Made by a program: the position numbers and the translations under genes
Shown: positions 11,112-24,260 of the stretch, one piece after another
Layout of the letters: each line of letters begins with the position of its first letter
Position numbering within the stretch: position 1 is the stretch's first letter
Assembly (NCBI GenBank): GCA_051313645.2
Contig: JBNRSN020000015.1
Location: forward strand, 134,292,001-134,356,000
Source of the DNA: Centroscyllium fabricii
Taxonomy: Eukaryota
DNA length: 64,000 nucleotides
Direction: 5' to 3'
The notes under the pieces: model-generated
Seen by the model: the letters and a program-made list of their open reading frames with translations, nothing else
The model's database searches: none
Told to the model about the DNA's origin: nothing

Positions 11112-14100
11112 CTATTGGGGGAAAAAAAAGCAAAAAAAAAAGTTTATTATGGTAACCTGGTGGGTGCTTGTTTTTTTAAAATTATATTATTGGTGCAGTT
11201 TCCTGAATTTCCCTATTTAGACCACAATATGCATCCGTTCATTCCGCTACAATTTGACTGTTTAAAGGCATTTGGCCTTGGAACTGGGCTGCCTAAAGGT
11301 TGGACAAACATAGCAATGGGGACCGCTCCTTTTAAGACGATGTAACCCCCTCTTGTGCAAAGTTCCCCCAGCACCCACCCGTCCCCCACCCCCAACTCCC
11401 ACCACCTATCAGTTACTTTGAAGAGGGGGGTAAGAATTTTCGCCCGAATTCTATCTTACATCGCCCACAGTGAAAACACCCAATTGTATTCAACTCAGGA
11501 ACTTCGACTGAGGCCCGTCCGAAAGTGCGTTGCCTCCTCGCACTGATTTCTTGTGTGTGTGTGTGTGTGTGAGCGAGAGAGACTGTGGCCCCGATCTTAT
11601 TGCTTCAGTTTCTTAATGGTGAATCTGACCAGTGAAGTCACACTGTCTCATAGCGGCAGGGGCATGCGTGGAAAGTGGTGTGTTTTAATACCTTGAAAAT
11701 ATATTTAAACTCAGTTATTTCGTGTCTGGTTTCGACGGGACACGCCTTATTGAAAACCTCTGTGGTGTTTCGCCGTTGCAAATACTGTATACTATCCGGC
11801 ACTGTTTATTTTGGGTAGCCCAGGAGTTCTGTGCTTTCTTTTGGACTCAGCAACAGACTAGGATTCCAGCAAAAAAAAACTTCTTAATGTACTGTACTCT
11901 ATAAGATACTTCTGAACTTAGTTACTCTTGATTAACTTTCTTCCCTGGTCTTTAGATCTTCTTTTATGCTTAGGTATTCTGACACACGCTGTCTACCTCG
12001 CCTCAGTGCTTAAAAAGTAGTAACGGGAGGGGGTCAGAACTGATCGACAAAGACTACAGAAAGTGAACAATGCTTTCTATTCTGCTTACAGCCCAAACTC
12101 AGAGAGCAAGCCCCCCCCCCCCCCCCTCTCCCTCCCTCCCTCCCTCCTAGGCTCCCCAGCCAGCAACACAGCGTCCAGCTAAACGCAGCGCACTCTTCAA
12201 CTCACACTTACTCAAGATAGAAGGACAAACTTTCTTCAACATCAAACAGTGACTGCGTAGAATTATTATTTTTTTGGGGGGGAGGGGGTTGCTTTATTTC
12301 CCCCCTCCCTCTCACTCCACCCAACCCCTCCCCCCACCACCTCCTGAAATAAAACAAGTAATTTCTGTTATGAGTATTTGGAGGTAATTGTGTTGCTGGT
12401 ATGGGTTGTTAAGGGTTGTAAAAAGACACAACAGCTCGGTGGGGTGCTCAATTGCGAGAAGACAATCACAATAAAGGATCTATTCAAGGGGTTTGGTAAA
12501 AGAGGGGTACAATAACGAAATAGACCAGCTTTCATTTTCTCTTTCTCGAAATACTTTATTCTGTTTGCTTTTGCCACCATAAGCATAACGCATATTGTGC
12601 CCCCCACCCCACTATTGCATCTTGAGCTAAATTCTCCAACGCTCGCCTGTCCTGTCTCCCTCTTCTTTCCATTCATTACACACCAGCGGAAAATAATTTA
12701 TAGACTAGCTTTGTCATCTGTGCCTGCACACACACACAGACACAAAAAAAATAAACTTCAAACAAACACTTTCTCTCAGCATGCAGACTTCCCTGCGTAA
12801 ATATTTACAGCAAGGAAGGGTGGCTACCTGATTACCCCAGAACTCAAGCGAGCAGGAGAGATACCGGGGCGTTTAACTTCTCCAACTGCAGCCAGTCACA
12901 GAGACTCCCAGAAAGATCATTTGTGTTTTCTCACTTTAAGCAAGGGGCCGTCACATTTGCAACCATTTTCTTAAATAATAATAACAACAACCAAAAATGA
13001 ATAAATGAAGATTTCTTTTTTTGACTGTGATTGGATTTTTTGTCATCCTGCGGTATGGGAAACGCTTTCCTAATAATTACTCGGCTTGCAACAAAAATAA
13101 AAAACGATTTGTCACTTTTCTGAAAAGTTCGCACGACGTTTTATTTCTTCATCAAAATGTCTTTAAAAATTAATAATATTCATAATAACAAGGAACCGGC
13201 AGCCGATAGCGTCCTGACATATCCCAGTGCTAGTATTTTAAGCCCACTGTTTACTATTGTCTGTTCGGTACAGTGATGAACACAAGTGCTGAACAAGCAG
13301 TTCTCAGAGGCCCAGCCTGAGAGTCGCATCTGTGTCTCCCGTTCTATATATCTACAGATATCTAGATCTATATATATATTAATATGCAGGTCTAACCGCG
13401 GGCCTCAAATACAGCGATTGTGATCTTTCTTATTTTGTATTTTACTGTGGATTTCGAGCCAAACTCTCACCCTTTTCCGTGGGCCTAGCTTTCCCCTCAA
13501 CGCCGGCCGAGGGTACATGTCACCAAGTATTGAAATGTTTCTCAGAAGCACGCCCGCAAATTACACAATAAACCCGCCGTTTCCTCTGTCCTTTTCTGAC
13601 TTTCATTTTACTCTTTATTCCCCACATTTCTGCATTTAAAAAAAAACGCTGCCAACTTTCCGTGCATTTAAAAAAAAATGCATTAATATTATTCCCACCT
13701 GCGTTGCTATTTCCCAGATTGTGACTGTTAAGATGCGTGCAGTCAGTAATGGGAACACTTATACCCACAATATGGAGAAATCTGCACTGTTTTTTTCAGG
13801 ACCAGAAATTGGAAATCTTAATTATAATAACGCGAGGTGCGGAACAGTTCGGGTGAGCGCTCATTAATTTCTTATAATCTCGAGTAGTTGAGGCAGTTTA
13901 AACCTAACAGAGACAGATCTGTATACTTCAGCTCTTCAGTGTTAAATGTCTTATTATTGCTTCTTGTTGAAGCGGAATTTGACGTCAAATTTTCGGTCTT
14001 TTAATTGCGAATGCGTATTAATATCCTCCCCATAAAATACACACCACAGACAGCGATGGACTTGGCTTTCTCGCCCAGGCCATGCTCGTTTTAAATGGCT

Positions 14101-15182
14101 ATTATTATTCCTTTTAAATAAAACAAAACAAAGTTTGTAACACACGAGAATCTGGGTTGAAGAGGAGGAAGAGATATTGATCGAATTACGGAATGGAAAG
14201 CCGAGCCGACTACAGAAGTCTCCTTTCAATTAATTAGCGTTTTAACAGGGACACATGCAGTTTTGGAGTTAACTCGCTTAGCCCATTGATTCTCCAGAAG
14301 GTAACGCACGTTAATATCTAGATTTAAAAAAAAACACAACCCTAACGTTTGCATCGAGTTATGATGAGTTGGAATAACTCTGTACAAACGGCCCTAATGA
14401 ATCGTCTGATTGCTTAATTCAAACTGACACTATGCATCGCCGGGTCAATGCACCGTCCTCAAACAGCGAGCTTTGGCCTAAAGTGACTTATTTTACTATT
14501 TCTTATCATTAATAAACATCAACGATTTATAAACATGCAGAAAAAATGACGTTAGACAAGCCCACATTACAACATCTCAAACACATTTCCAGTGACGCCT
14601 GAGTTACATTTGCCCGAGGGGTGGTGGTTGGGGAGGGTGTGTGTGTGTGTGGGGGGGGAGGGGGGGGGGGTAAATAAGAGGATTTTTTTGTAACTAAATG
14701 GTGCATCGTTCGGAAAATTAATTGTTTTCCTGTTAAAATACACGGATGCGTTGCCGCCGAATCCGATTAAAATAAATCTGTGGTCATTAATACTAGTCAA
14801 GCAGAGAGTAAACGGTTTGATGAATGGTAGATGGGAATAGAAAATAATCCCAGAAGTTAAAACGAGAGAATGGTCACACACAACGGCCGAGGATTTCGCT
14901 GAATTCCCATTGCATTTCCTAAAGATTGCCTAGCGATATATTTGCCCCCTTTAAGGAGTGCGCGGTTTGCTCAGAATGCAGTATTTCAAAATAACCTCTT
15001 CAAATGATTTTTTTTTAAAAATCTCGTTAAAGTGTAAAATAATGTTGTACTAAATCGGAGTTAGGCAATAAATCATAGGTGGGAACTAAAGGAAGCTTAG
15101 CTTTCGCTGGCGATTAAGAAATGTTAAATAAGAGGCCCCAAAAGTGCAATAAATAAAATATAAGGAAAACAAATAAACTCAC

Positions 15183-15325
15183 CTTTATGGGGCATTCTGC
15201 GTCGCTGCCAACACGTCCTGTTAACAGTTAAGATGGGATATGACGGGCGACTTTTTTTTAAGACTTGCCAGTGAATTCTAGTTTCTCCACACACACACAC
15301 ACACACACACAGATAGGGCAAATTC
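15183..15325 (-). other. pax6: Pax6 exon 2 (5'UTR, ends with uATG ATGCCCCATAAAG)
   Basis: tccttcgcag|GAATTT...ATGCCCCATAAAG|gtgagt; cf. human ...ATGCCTCATAAAG|gtgagt. Confidence 0.88.
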
Positions 15326-15474
15326 CTGCGAAGGAGACAGAGATTGACAATTAAATCTACTGTCACTATGGAAAGAGTGAGTTGTTGATGCACGGGTAGA
15401 GAAAGAGAGAGAGAGAGAGAGCGGGGGCAGCAAGACAAGAGAAGGAGAGACAGAGAGAGAGAGAGAGAGTACAC

Positions 15475-15720
15475 CTAGCTGATTGCTGATGGTGCCAGTT
15501 GTATTAATGTATGTCTGGATTCAGGAGGTGCGCTCGCCTCGCCTCGCCTCGCCTCCACTTCACTGGCCCATTAGCGGAGGGTGACCTTTGTCATCATCCG
15601 CAAGGAAAACACTTCCTCCCTGCGCCTCACCAGAGCGGGAAATCCACGTTTTCAAACCCACTAATCACTCCACACCGTTTTTATGCACCGCATGCAAATG
15701 CACACAAATAAATATCTCCT
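15475..15720 (-). promoter_or_regulatory. pax6: Pax6 P1 promoter and exon 1
   Basis: GGAGTGATTAGTGGGTTTGAAAA...TTTCCCGCTCTGG...GGAGGAAGTGTTTT...GGATGATGAC...GCTAATGGGCCAGTGA...CAATCAGCTAG|gtgtac matches the recalled human P1/exon 1; ATATTT TATA-like motif near 15715. Confidence 0.85.
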
Positions 15721-15830
15721 TATGCAAAGCGAAGGGGACGGCGAGCAGGCCGGGCAAGCGGGCACGGGAGACAGTCCTCACTGCTACATTTGTCTTACGT
15801 GCATGCATGGGAGGGTTTCATGGCTATATT

Positions 15831-15934
15831 TAGTGTGTGTAAAAGTTTTATCGCAGGATTCGGAGAAATTACACCGAGTGAGTGGCCATAGTGTTACTTC
15901 ACCGAATCCTGCGATAAAACTTCTAAACACACTA
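15831..15934. repeat. Inverted repeat/hairpin (44-bp arms, 16-nt loop)
   Basis: TAGTGTGTGTAAAAGTTTTATCGCAGGATTCGGAGAAATTACAC vs GTGTTACTTCACCGAATCCTGCGATAAAACTTCTAAACACACTA (5 mismatches). Confidence 0.9.
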
Positions 15935-15952
15935 TTATATATATATATATTC

Positions 15953-16099
15953 NNNNNNNNNNNNNNNNNNNNNNNNNNNNNNNNNNNNNNNNNNNNNNNN
16001 NNNNNNNNNNNNNNNNNNNNNNNNNNNNNNNNNNNNNNNNNNNNNNNNNNNNNNNNNNNNNNNNNNNNNNNNNNNNNNNNNNNNNNNNNNNNNNNNNNN
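15953..16099. other. Assembly gap
   Basis: N run flanked by AT-rich tandem repeat. Confidence 1.
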
Positions 16100-16245
16100 T
16101 CTATTCACTTATTTTATACACACTATAATATATATATCTATTCACATATTTTATACACACTATTATATATATACACACACATTTTATACACACTATTCTA
16201 TCTATTCACATATTTTATACACACTATTATATTCACACATTTTGT
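16100..16245. repeat. AT-rich minisatellite (CTATTCACATATTTTATACACACTATTATAT-like units)
   Basis: About four degenerate units after the gap. Confidence 0.75.
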
Positions 16246-17121
16246 CATGTAATTTTACATGAATTGAACATTTTAAGAATTTTTTGCTTCGTTCAGGGGA
16301 TGGTTTTGGAAGATGGTTAAAATGATTTTTAAAATGTCAGGCATCAATTGCGTTGACAATCGCAGTTATTAGATGGATGGGCTTAATTTAAATGGATTTT
16401 CCCCCATCTCTACATTAAGATGACCTTTATAAAGTAGTCATTTTAAATGAGTATGGATATTTATAATATATATATATATATACTCTTTACCTTTTAAAAA
16501 AAACCACCTCATATACATTTAGGTCCACGGTGAATTAACACAAATTGCCCATCTTTGGTAATGTTCTGAGCAAAGAGTGGCACTCTCGTCCCCTTGACAG
16601 CGGCTGATTAAATACACATTTACTTTGTGGATTCCAGGCTCTGGTAAATAGGCCTGAAGTGCCTGCACAGAAAACACTCACAAACCTCTCCCACGCGCCC
16701 TTTGTTTGCCCATGGCTGTTATTAGCATTTTTTTGGTGGCTGGAATAAGTTAAACCTCAACTTTTCTGAAGGGGATGCTCCGACTTTTGGAGGAGGGAGG
16801 GGTGGTGTGTGGGGTGGTGATAAATAAAAAGCATATTTAACACGCTTCACCGAGAGCCCGTGCCGCCGGTATTGCAGAGGCTCAGTGCAAGCTCTATTAG
16901 TTTTAATTGATAATTTCCAATCGGCTGGGCCACTTCTGCGGCTGCCAGGAAATCGCAGGGAAAGTAAGTAAATGAACGCGCAGCTGACCACACACCAGAA
17001 CTACATTTGTTGAATGCGCCACTATTAATGCACACCTCAGTGCGTCGCAAAGCAACCCCTCGGCGCCCGGTCTGAGGTTACATAGGTAGCACCAGTCTCC
17101 TCTCAGGGTGTCTCCATTATT

Positions 17122-17663
17122 NNNNNNNNNNNNNNNNNNNNNNNNNNNNNNNNNNNNNNNNNNNNNNNNNNNNNNNNNNNNNNNNNNNNNNNNNNNNNNN
17201 NNNNNNNNNNNNNNNNNNNNNNNNNNNNNNNNNNNNNNNNNNNNNNNNNNNNNNNNNNNNNNNNNNNNNNNNNNNNNNNNNNNNNNNNNNNNNNNNNNNN
17301 NNNNNNNNNNNNNNNNNNNNNNNNNNNNNNNNNNNNNNNNNNNNNNNNNNNNNNNNNNNNNNNNNNNNNNNNNNNNNNNNNNNNNNNNNNNNNNNNNNNN
17401 NNNNNNNNNNNNNNNNNNNNNNNNNNNNNNNNNNNNNNNNNNNNNNNNNNNNNNNNNNNNNNNNNNNNNNNNNNNNNNNNNNNNNNNNNNNNNNNNNNNN
17501 NNNNNNNNNNNNNNNNNNNNNNNNNNNNNNNNNNNNNNNNNNNNNNNNNNNNNNNNNNNNNNNNNNNNNNNNNNNNNNNNNNNNNNNNNNNNNNNNNNNN
17601 NNNNNNNNNNNNNNNNNNNNNNNNNNNNNNNNNNNNNNNNNNNNNNNNNNNNNNNNNNNNNNN
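17122..17663. other. Assembly gap
   Basis: N run. Confidence 1.
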
Positions 17664-20600
17664 GGGAAAAAGGCGATGGAAGGGTTGGCGAGGGTGTGTG
17701 TGGGGGGGGGGGGGGTCTCAAGAAACGCGCAAAGCATAAAATGAAGCCGTGGATGCATACACTTGACTTCGCTTGACATGTGAAAAGTGCTAAAAGTCAA
17801 AGCTCATCAATAAAGTATCTTGAAGGTGAATAAGAGCAGTGACAACCATTGCATTCCTAACTAAAGTACAATGCGGAGACAAACGACTCTGCCAAATACT
17901 TTGCATCAGAGTGAAAGGGACGCCTCAATGGGAGTTGGATAATGAGCTGCCGAACCCGTCATGCACTATCATCTCCAGTGCTGACCAGAACTGCCACTCT
18001 CTCAACATCCACCCAACTCCCTTCTGCTATCCTTTCCCCTCACCCAGCACCAATATTGCTGGATCCGAATGGAATATTTCGAATCTTTATATATTCGAGG
18101 ATATCCGGTCACTTCGGGAGGGGTGGTGGGGGTGGGGTGGGGAGGGTTGGAATAAAGAAAAAGAATGCATGTTTTGTTGGAGGGGAGTTACAGGTCATGC
18201 TGTGACCGAGTACAGAGTTTGCCTGGGAACCTAGGCTCTCACAGCAAATGTCCAGAGAGAGAGAGAGAGAGGTGGTGGGTAGAGGGGCGGGTGAGGAATC
18301 GCGTTTAACAGCTTAAAGTGGCGAATCATGCCCGTTCTATCGTGGCCAAGAGGGCAAGACTCGCCTTACAGTGCCACAGACACAAGACAAATGCACCTTC
18401 TGGTTTTTTTTTTGTCTGGGTAGCAAAAACCAGCACTTGGGTCACAGGGCGCGCTGCACTGGACCGCTGGCCTTTCGCTTTCCCAAAGTGCGACTTCAAA
18501 CCGCAAGAAAACAACGTTTTACAAAAAGCCCAGAAGAGGGGCGTTACAGACACAGGCCGGCGCATTAAAGTTTGCAACTAGATCCAGTAAAGCGCAGGTG
18601 TTAAAATAAAATAAAAAGTGTCCTTGTATCAAAATGAACTTTCACAATTCAAAAGCTGTAACTGGTTTCTGACCGTAAACACACACACACACACACACAC
18701 AGGGAGACAGACAGCCAGCGTTGAAATCAGAGCAAAGGCCTTGACTACAGCGCACAGAAACTTGGCCATGTACGCCAAAAGGGGGACGAGCAATAGACAC
18801 ACGAAACAAAAAAAACCTCTTCCCAAGTTTTCGCACAGAACTTCAAGCCGAAACCTCGCAGTCGCAACAAAAAGCAATGGACGTGTTATTTTCAGTTGAA
18901 GTACAAACCCGTTTTCCTTTGGTAGGTGTGGCTTTGAGAAAAAAAGCGCTTTTTTTTGCAAAATTAGCTGGAAACAATAGTGCATTAGTCAGAGTCTGAT
19001 TATTTGCCGGAGAGTATCCGCCCCGCCGTTCTCTCGCTCTCTCTCTCACTCTTTTGAAAAACAGAAGACAATTTGAAATATATTTCCACCTTTTGTTTTT
19101 GGAGAGCGTTCAATAAAAAGAACTCGACTCTTCCGATCAGTTCGTTCTTGCAGCTAGTTGGACTGTAGCTTTTTTTTTAGGGGGAGGTGTGGGGGAAGTA
19201 AAAGCGTCTCTCGTCAACAAACAAAATTGGAAGAACTAAAGTTGGTTCTAATTCCGCAGGCGACCATACTGATTCTCTCTCTCTCTCTCTCTGTCTCTGT
19301 GAGTCTCTCTCTTTCGCGGCGAGCTCAATTAGCACTCTCGGGATTAGCAACCAGTAATACGGGCCAGAAGAACCTTAATCTTGTCGCTATTTCCCCCGGG
19401 GGCAAAGTGTTCTTTGTGCCCCCACCCCCCCCCGCCCCCGCTTTAAAAAAAAAGTTTTAAACACACACTCACACACAACACAAAAAAAATCACGCGGAGG
19501 GTGGGAAATACTGAATACAACTGACGTCATTCTCCCAGAGAAAGGGGTTTATTAAAGCGCATCATCCCAAAGAGCCTGGGAGTTTAGGAATAGGCGCTGG
19601 CAGCCAATGGGAAAGCGCAGCAGCCAAGGTTTATCATTACAATAATTCTCTAATTGTTAGGGGGGGGGGGTGTAGAATTCCTCATTGCCTTTGGTACACC
19701 GTGTTCGACTTCAGTATCATTGCACCACTAATATATATATATATATATATGTATATATTAAAAATCCCAACCAGGCCTGCTTTGGGAGTTCTGTTGTTGT
19801 ACCTGCACCAGTTAATTCTGTAAAATGTTTGCAGGAAGAGTTATCAGGAACTCACCTGATCGACAGTTTTTCCTATTTGGTGTGTGTGTGTGTGTTGTGG
19901 GGAGGCGAGGGGATGGGGGGGGGGGGGAATCCCTGCAAAAAAATATATATTTCCCTCCCTCTCTCTCTCTTGAGTTTGGTAGGGGGGACGGAGTGACGCC
20001 ATTTTACTGAAGTTAGTTACTAGCTGAACTCCAGCCTTCCACACACACACACACACAGAGGGGGGGGGGGGGGGGAAACGCCGCTTTAATAAGTCTTTTA
20101 ACTTGGACTTTACAGGGCTGTCCCTGCTGCCAGATTGCATGTTTTGCAAAATGACATTTAAAAAAAAGAGAACAACCGATAGCACCAGTGTGATCCGAGT
20201 GTGGATTTAATTATTTGTGAAGCACAGAGAGGCTTTAAAAAAATACCCAAAACATTAAAATGGGAATCTCAGGTGGAAGTTCTGTTTAATTTTCTGCGGG
20301 ACACAGAACAGAAGAAGGAACAGTGATTTGGCGATCGCTGCTCGGATTTTTTAGGCAGTCGGGCCGAATTAGTTGGTGCAGTTTTAAATTTGAATATCAA
20401 AAGTGTTGTGTTAAAAAAAAACTGCGAGGAGAAAAAAAATGGACCGTGAACTTGTCAAAAGCTCCTTGTTTTGTTATGAGCGATGAACGCAAAGGACTTT
20501 CTCCAGCCCGACAGCCCCAGAATACAAAATGAAGGGCCATGAAGATTAAGAAAGTTGATATTGGACAGGACTGCAAAAAAAAGAAAACAAAGCGGAAACC

Positions 20601-23462
20601 CAATTACTGGAATCAGGAATAAGAAATAAACTTGATCCAAAATTTAAAAAAAACTGAAGTACTTGAACAAAAACTTGCGTGATATCTGATTGAAAATGAC
20701 ATCAACATTGTGAAAGAATATATTGTGAAATGATGGCTGATATGGATACACAATTACACGATGTTAGGGTTGCATTTTATTGCGTGGTTGTCATACTATG
20801 CTTGGAAACTTTTTCTATTCATCTGTCTTAAGTAATATAACTCGCCTGACAAGACTGAGAACAATCCCAGAACTTAAATCCTGTCCTTTCCCAAGGCGAG
20901 AAAGCCCAAAAGTTACACCCACACACACACACATATTTATAATTATGTTGTCTACAAGGAACATCAAATATCTGGAAGAATGCGTATGGCCCGCTTAAAA
21001 TCAGTCGCCCCTGCTCTTCATACAGACTTGATCAAATAAACCGTGTTTTGCTGTGGCAGTTAAGATTATTTTTTGATTTTAAAAATCAATAAGGGATTAG
21101 GTGACAGGAGCCAATGGCTCCACCCCAGGATTCGCTTGCCTGTGGGTTAATAACATTAATCATTACCGTTAGCGCAGGTTGGTGCAGCCCAGTGCGATTA
21201 AAACACTGTCTGCCTGGAACAAAAATGTTCAAAAATCACCCAATTAAAGTCATTATTATAAAACATGCTTCGTTTATTTGTACAGGCATTGTGGCAGAGG
21301 TTGTGGCAGCTCATAGACTGTGTACAAAACCCCGAAAATTACCTTGTCGAAAAGTATATTAAACCATCTGTGCAATTCGTTTGAACAGGTCTTCTGACAA
21401 TCACAGATTACGTCTCTCTAGGATTCTGTGTCGTTGTAAAGTCGTCTGATTTACACGACCAAGGCCGCGGTGAGTAGATTCGGTTTCAGGAGAGCTAATA
21501 AGTCGGTAAATTAACGTCTTAAACCCCCTCCTCCCCTCCTCCCCCCCTCATGCTTCTCACCCTCAAGAAGTCTAAATCACTTAATCGGACTCATGCAAAA
21601 AACTGACCTCGTCTCCTTGTATTAGCAAACCAAACTACCAAGTACCTTTCACAATCCTCAGAATACTTAAAAGTCCTCTTGTCTAGTCCAGTCGGCAGAT
21701 TGTGGAGATGCACGATTTCTGACAACTTATCCCGGCGCCCGTGCCTTGCGGATACTTTATGCTTATCTGTGCATTGAACACAAAATGTATTTTAAGCTAT
21801 AATACCGACACACAAATGAGATAACACCTCACTGCTCTCCGCCTGCACTCTGGGCGAATCTTCGCCGTGTCTCCCTGCTGGTTCATTTTCTAGTGTCATT
21901 CATACTCGGTTTACAAACATTTACCAAAAAAAACCACACACACAATCGGTGTTAGGCAACTCTGAGAGGACAACCCCGTCCAATGGTTCATCAGTCTCTG
22001 AATCTCATCACACATGGAGGATAGATGTATTTTATTAACACCTAGGGAACGCTGCTAGATCAGAAGATAGATGCCTGTAAAGGTCAGTGAGAGAATTTGT
22101 TTCAAAGCACATTCTATGCGAAATGTATTAGGTTTGTATGTACATTAGTAGGAGGGAGGGGGGTATTCAGGCAAAGGGCTTCTAGTCAGGGCAATTATGT
22201 TACAGGCCTATCTCGACATGACAGCTGGATAAACAGTATCTCTGATAAACATCTCTAATTAGGGAGGAGGGTCTGTAATGCAGGGCGCTTGATTTATTAG
22301 CGAGGTATGGTCCACTAACGGTGTGCCCCCATATACAGTAGTACCTTCAATTCTAATACCTGAACTCCAGCCATACCCAGAAGAGCGACCTCGGAATTTC
22401 TCTCTGAATGATTTAGGATCCTGGCAGAGGGGGTAAACAATTGGGATGCACACAGCAAAGTGGAGCCACTTAAGGTGAGTTGGTCTGCGCTTTTTATTAA
22501 TTATTTTTAAAAAAACTAAACCATATTTCCCATAAGATTCTTTAAAATAAAAAGAGGGTTGCTAAATTCTAACCTTGATTCCCACACAGGGTAGCTTTAG
22601 GCTGGTGACCACAGTGCAATTATCCCGGCCAGTGAAATGGGAGCAATCCCTCTTTAACATAGCCGCAGTTGGTTTGCCCTTTGAGACGCTTCCTTTAAAT
22701 TTCCTAATTTTTGCATTCTCAATGTGACATGCTTGATGTCCACGAGTAAACTGGCAGCGCCTAATCTCCCCGAAAATCGCGCCGACTTATGGAGCCCCCC
22801 CCCCCACCCAGTGACACGCACAAGGGTGTGACAGAGATTGGTGTAACCTGAGGCCGGTGCTTTACCTCGCTGAATAGAGTTAATTATACGCCGTTCAAAC
22901 GGCGAGCAGAAATCAAACAATTTCCTGGGGATTTAAAACTGCTGCCAGGGCCGCGTGAAGCACATTCTTCAGCCTTGTCACCTATGTTATTTTTAATTAT
23001 TGCTGGGAGGTGAGCTAACCGCCGACAGCTTCGGTAGAGAACACAGATACCCATCCACACACACCCTCACAGCGTTTGATTCAGGAGTGTGTGTGTGTGT
23101 GGGAGGGGGGGTTTGCAGAAATACTAACTAACCGTCTTCTCATTACTCCCCACCCCACAGCCCCGACCCCAGACAGACAACTGACAACAGAAAAAAGCTT
23201 TGGTCTGTTTCCGCGCCACCTGTTAACAGATGTTGAGAGCAACTTTGCTGCAATCCCACCGTTCGCCTCACCCCCCTCCCCACACAGACCTCCCCCCCCC
23301 CCAAAAAAATGAGCAGTTGTGGCTTTCTGTAACAGTACATTAAAAAAAATGATATCCGCCTTATCTAATTCAAATTGGCACGCCGCCCGTCGCAATAGAT
23401 GCAATAACTGCGAACTAGTGCAAGCTGTAGAAAACGTCCTCGAAATGCAAAGATTACCGGTC

Positions 23463-23779
23463 NNNNNNNNNNNNNNNNNNNNNNNNNNNNNNNNNNNNNN
23501 NNNNNNNNNNNNNNNNNNNNNNNNNNNNNNNNNNNNNNNNNNNNNNNNNNNNNNNNNNNNNNNNNNNNNNNNNNNNNNNNNNNNNNNNNNNNNNNNNNNN
23601 NNNNNNNNNNNNNNNNNNNNNNNNNNNNNNNNNNNNNNNNNNNNNNNNNNNNNNNNNNNNNNNNNNNNNNNNNNNNNNNNNNNNNNNNNNNNNNNNNNNN
23701 NNNNNNNNNNNNNNNNNNNNNNNNNNNNNNNNNNNNNNNNNNNNNNNNNNNNNNNNNNNNNNNNNNNNNNNNNNNNNNN
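23463..23779. other. Assembly gap
   Basis: N run. Confidence 1.
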
Positions 23780-23899
23780 GACAGGTCACCGAAAATGTAT
23801 AGCAAAAAAAATGTTAGGGGTGGAAAACAACAACAAAAAAGAAAGATGAAAGGACGAAATGTAAACTGATCGACACACAATAAAGAGAGGAAAACAGAT

Positions 23900-24260
23900 G
23901 GAGAAGGTGCTGGTAAGAAGCCACATCAGACAGCAGCAGTGAGGTAAGATCGGAGCCTGTTACAATACCTGAATCAGTCGCCCTGTGATGCAGACTCTGG
24001 TTGTCCCCCAGTACAGTCGGTGCAATAGAAACCGTGGCAGATTCGGGGGGGTTTGTGTTTTTTTTTTGGTGTCTCTTTATTTTTTCCACATTGGGCTGCT
24101 CGCTCAGAGTTTAAATGTCACCGGGACGTTGGGCCGCCTTTTCGTCCAACACAAACTTTCCCCCTTAATATCAGTGTCAGCTGGGCGCTGATTGGCCCAG
24201 GCGCCTGCGTGACGCGGCGACACCCTCTGCAAACACAAGAGGCTGCACTGAACGCCGAGC
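23900..24260 (-). promoter_or_regulatory. pax6: Pax6 P0 promoter and start of exon 0
   Basis: CCAAT (24195-24191), ATATTAA (24171-24165), then GACATTTAAACTCTG as in the recalled human exon 0; the exon 0 donor is uncertain (near gap). Confidence 0.75.

Noticed and set aside
12205-12260. Possible extra exon in intron 2 (cgcag...TGA|GTAAGT on minus strand)
   Set aside because: Poor polypyrimidine tract and no homology I can support
15683-23880. Long ORFs containing X runs
   Set aside because: Artefacts of N gaps
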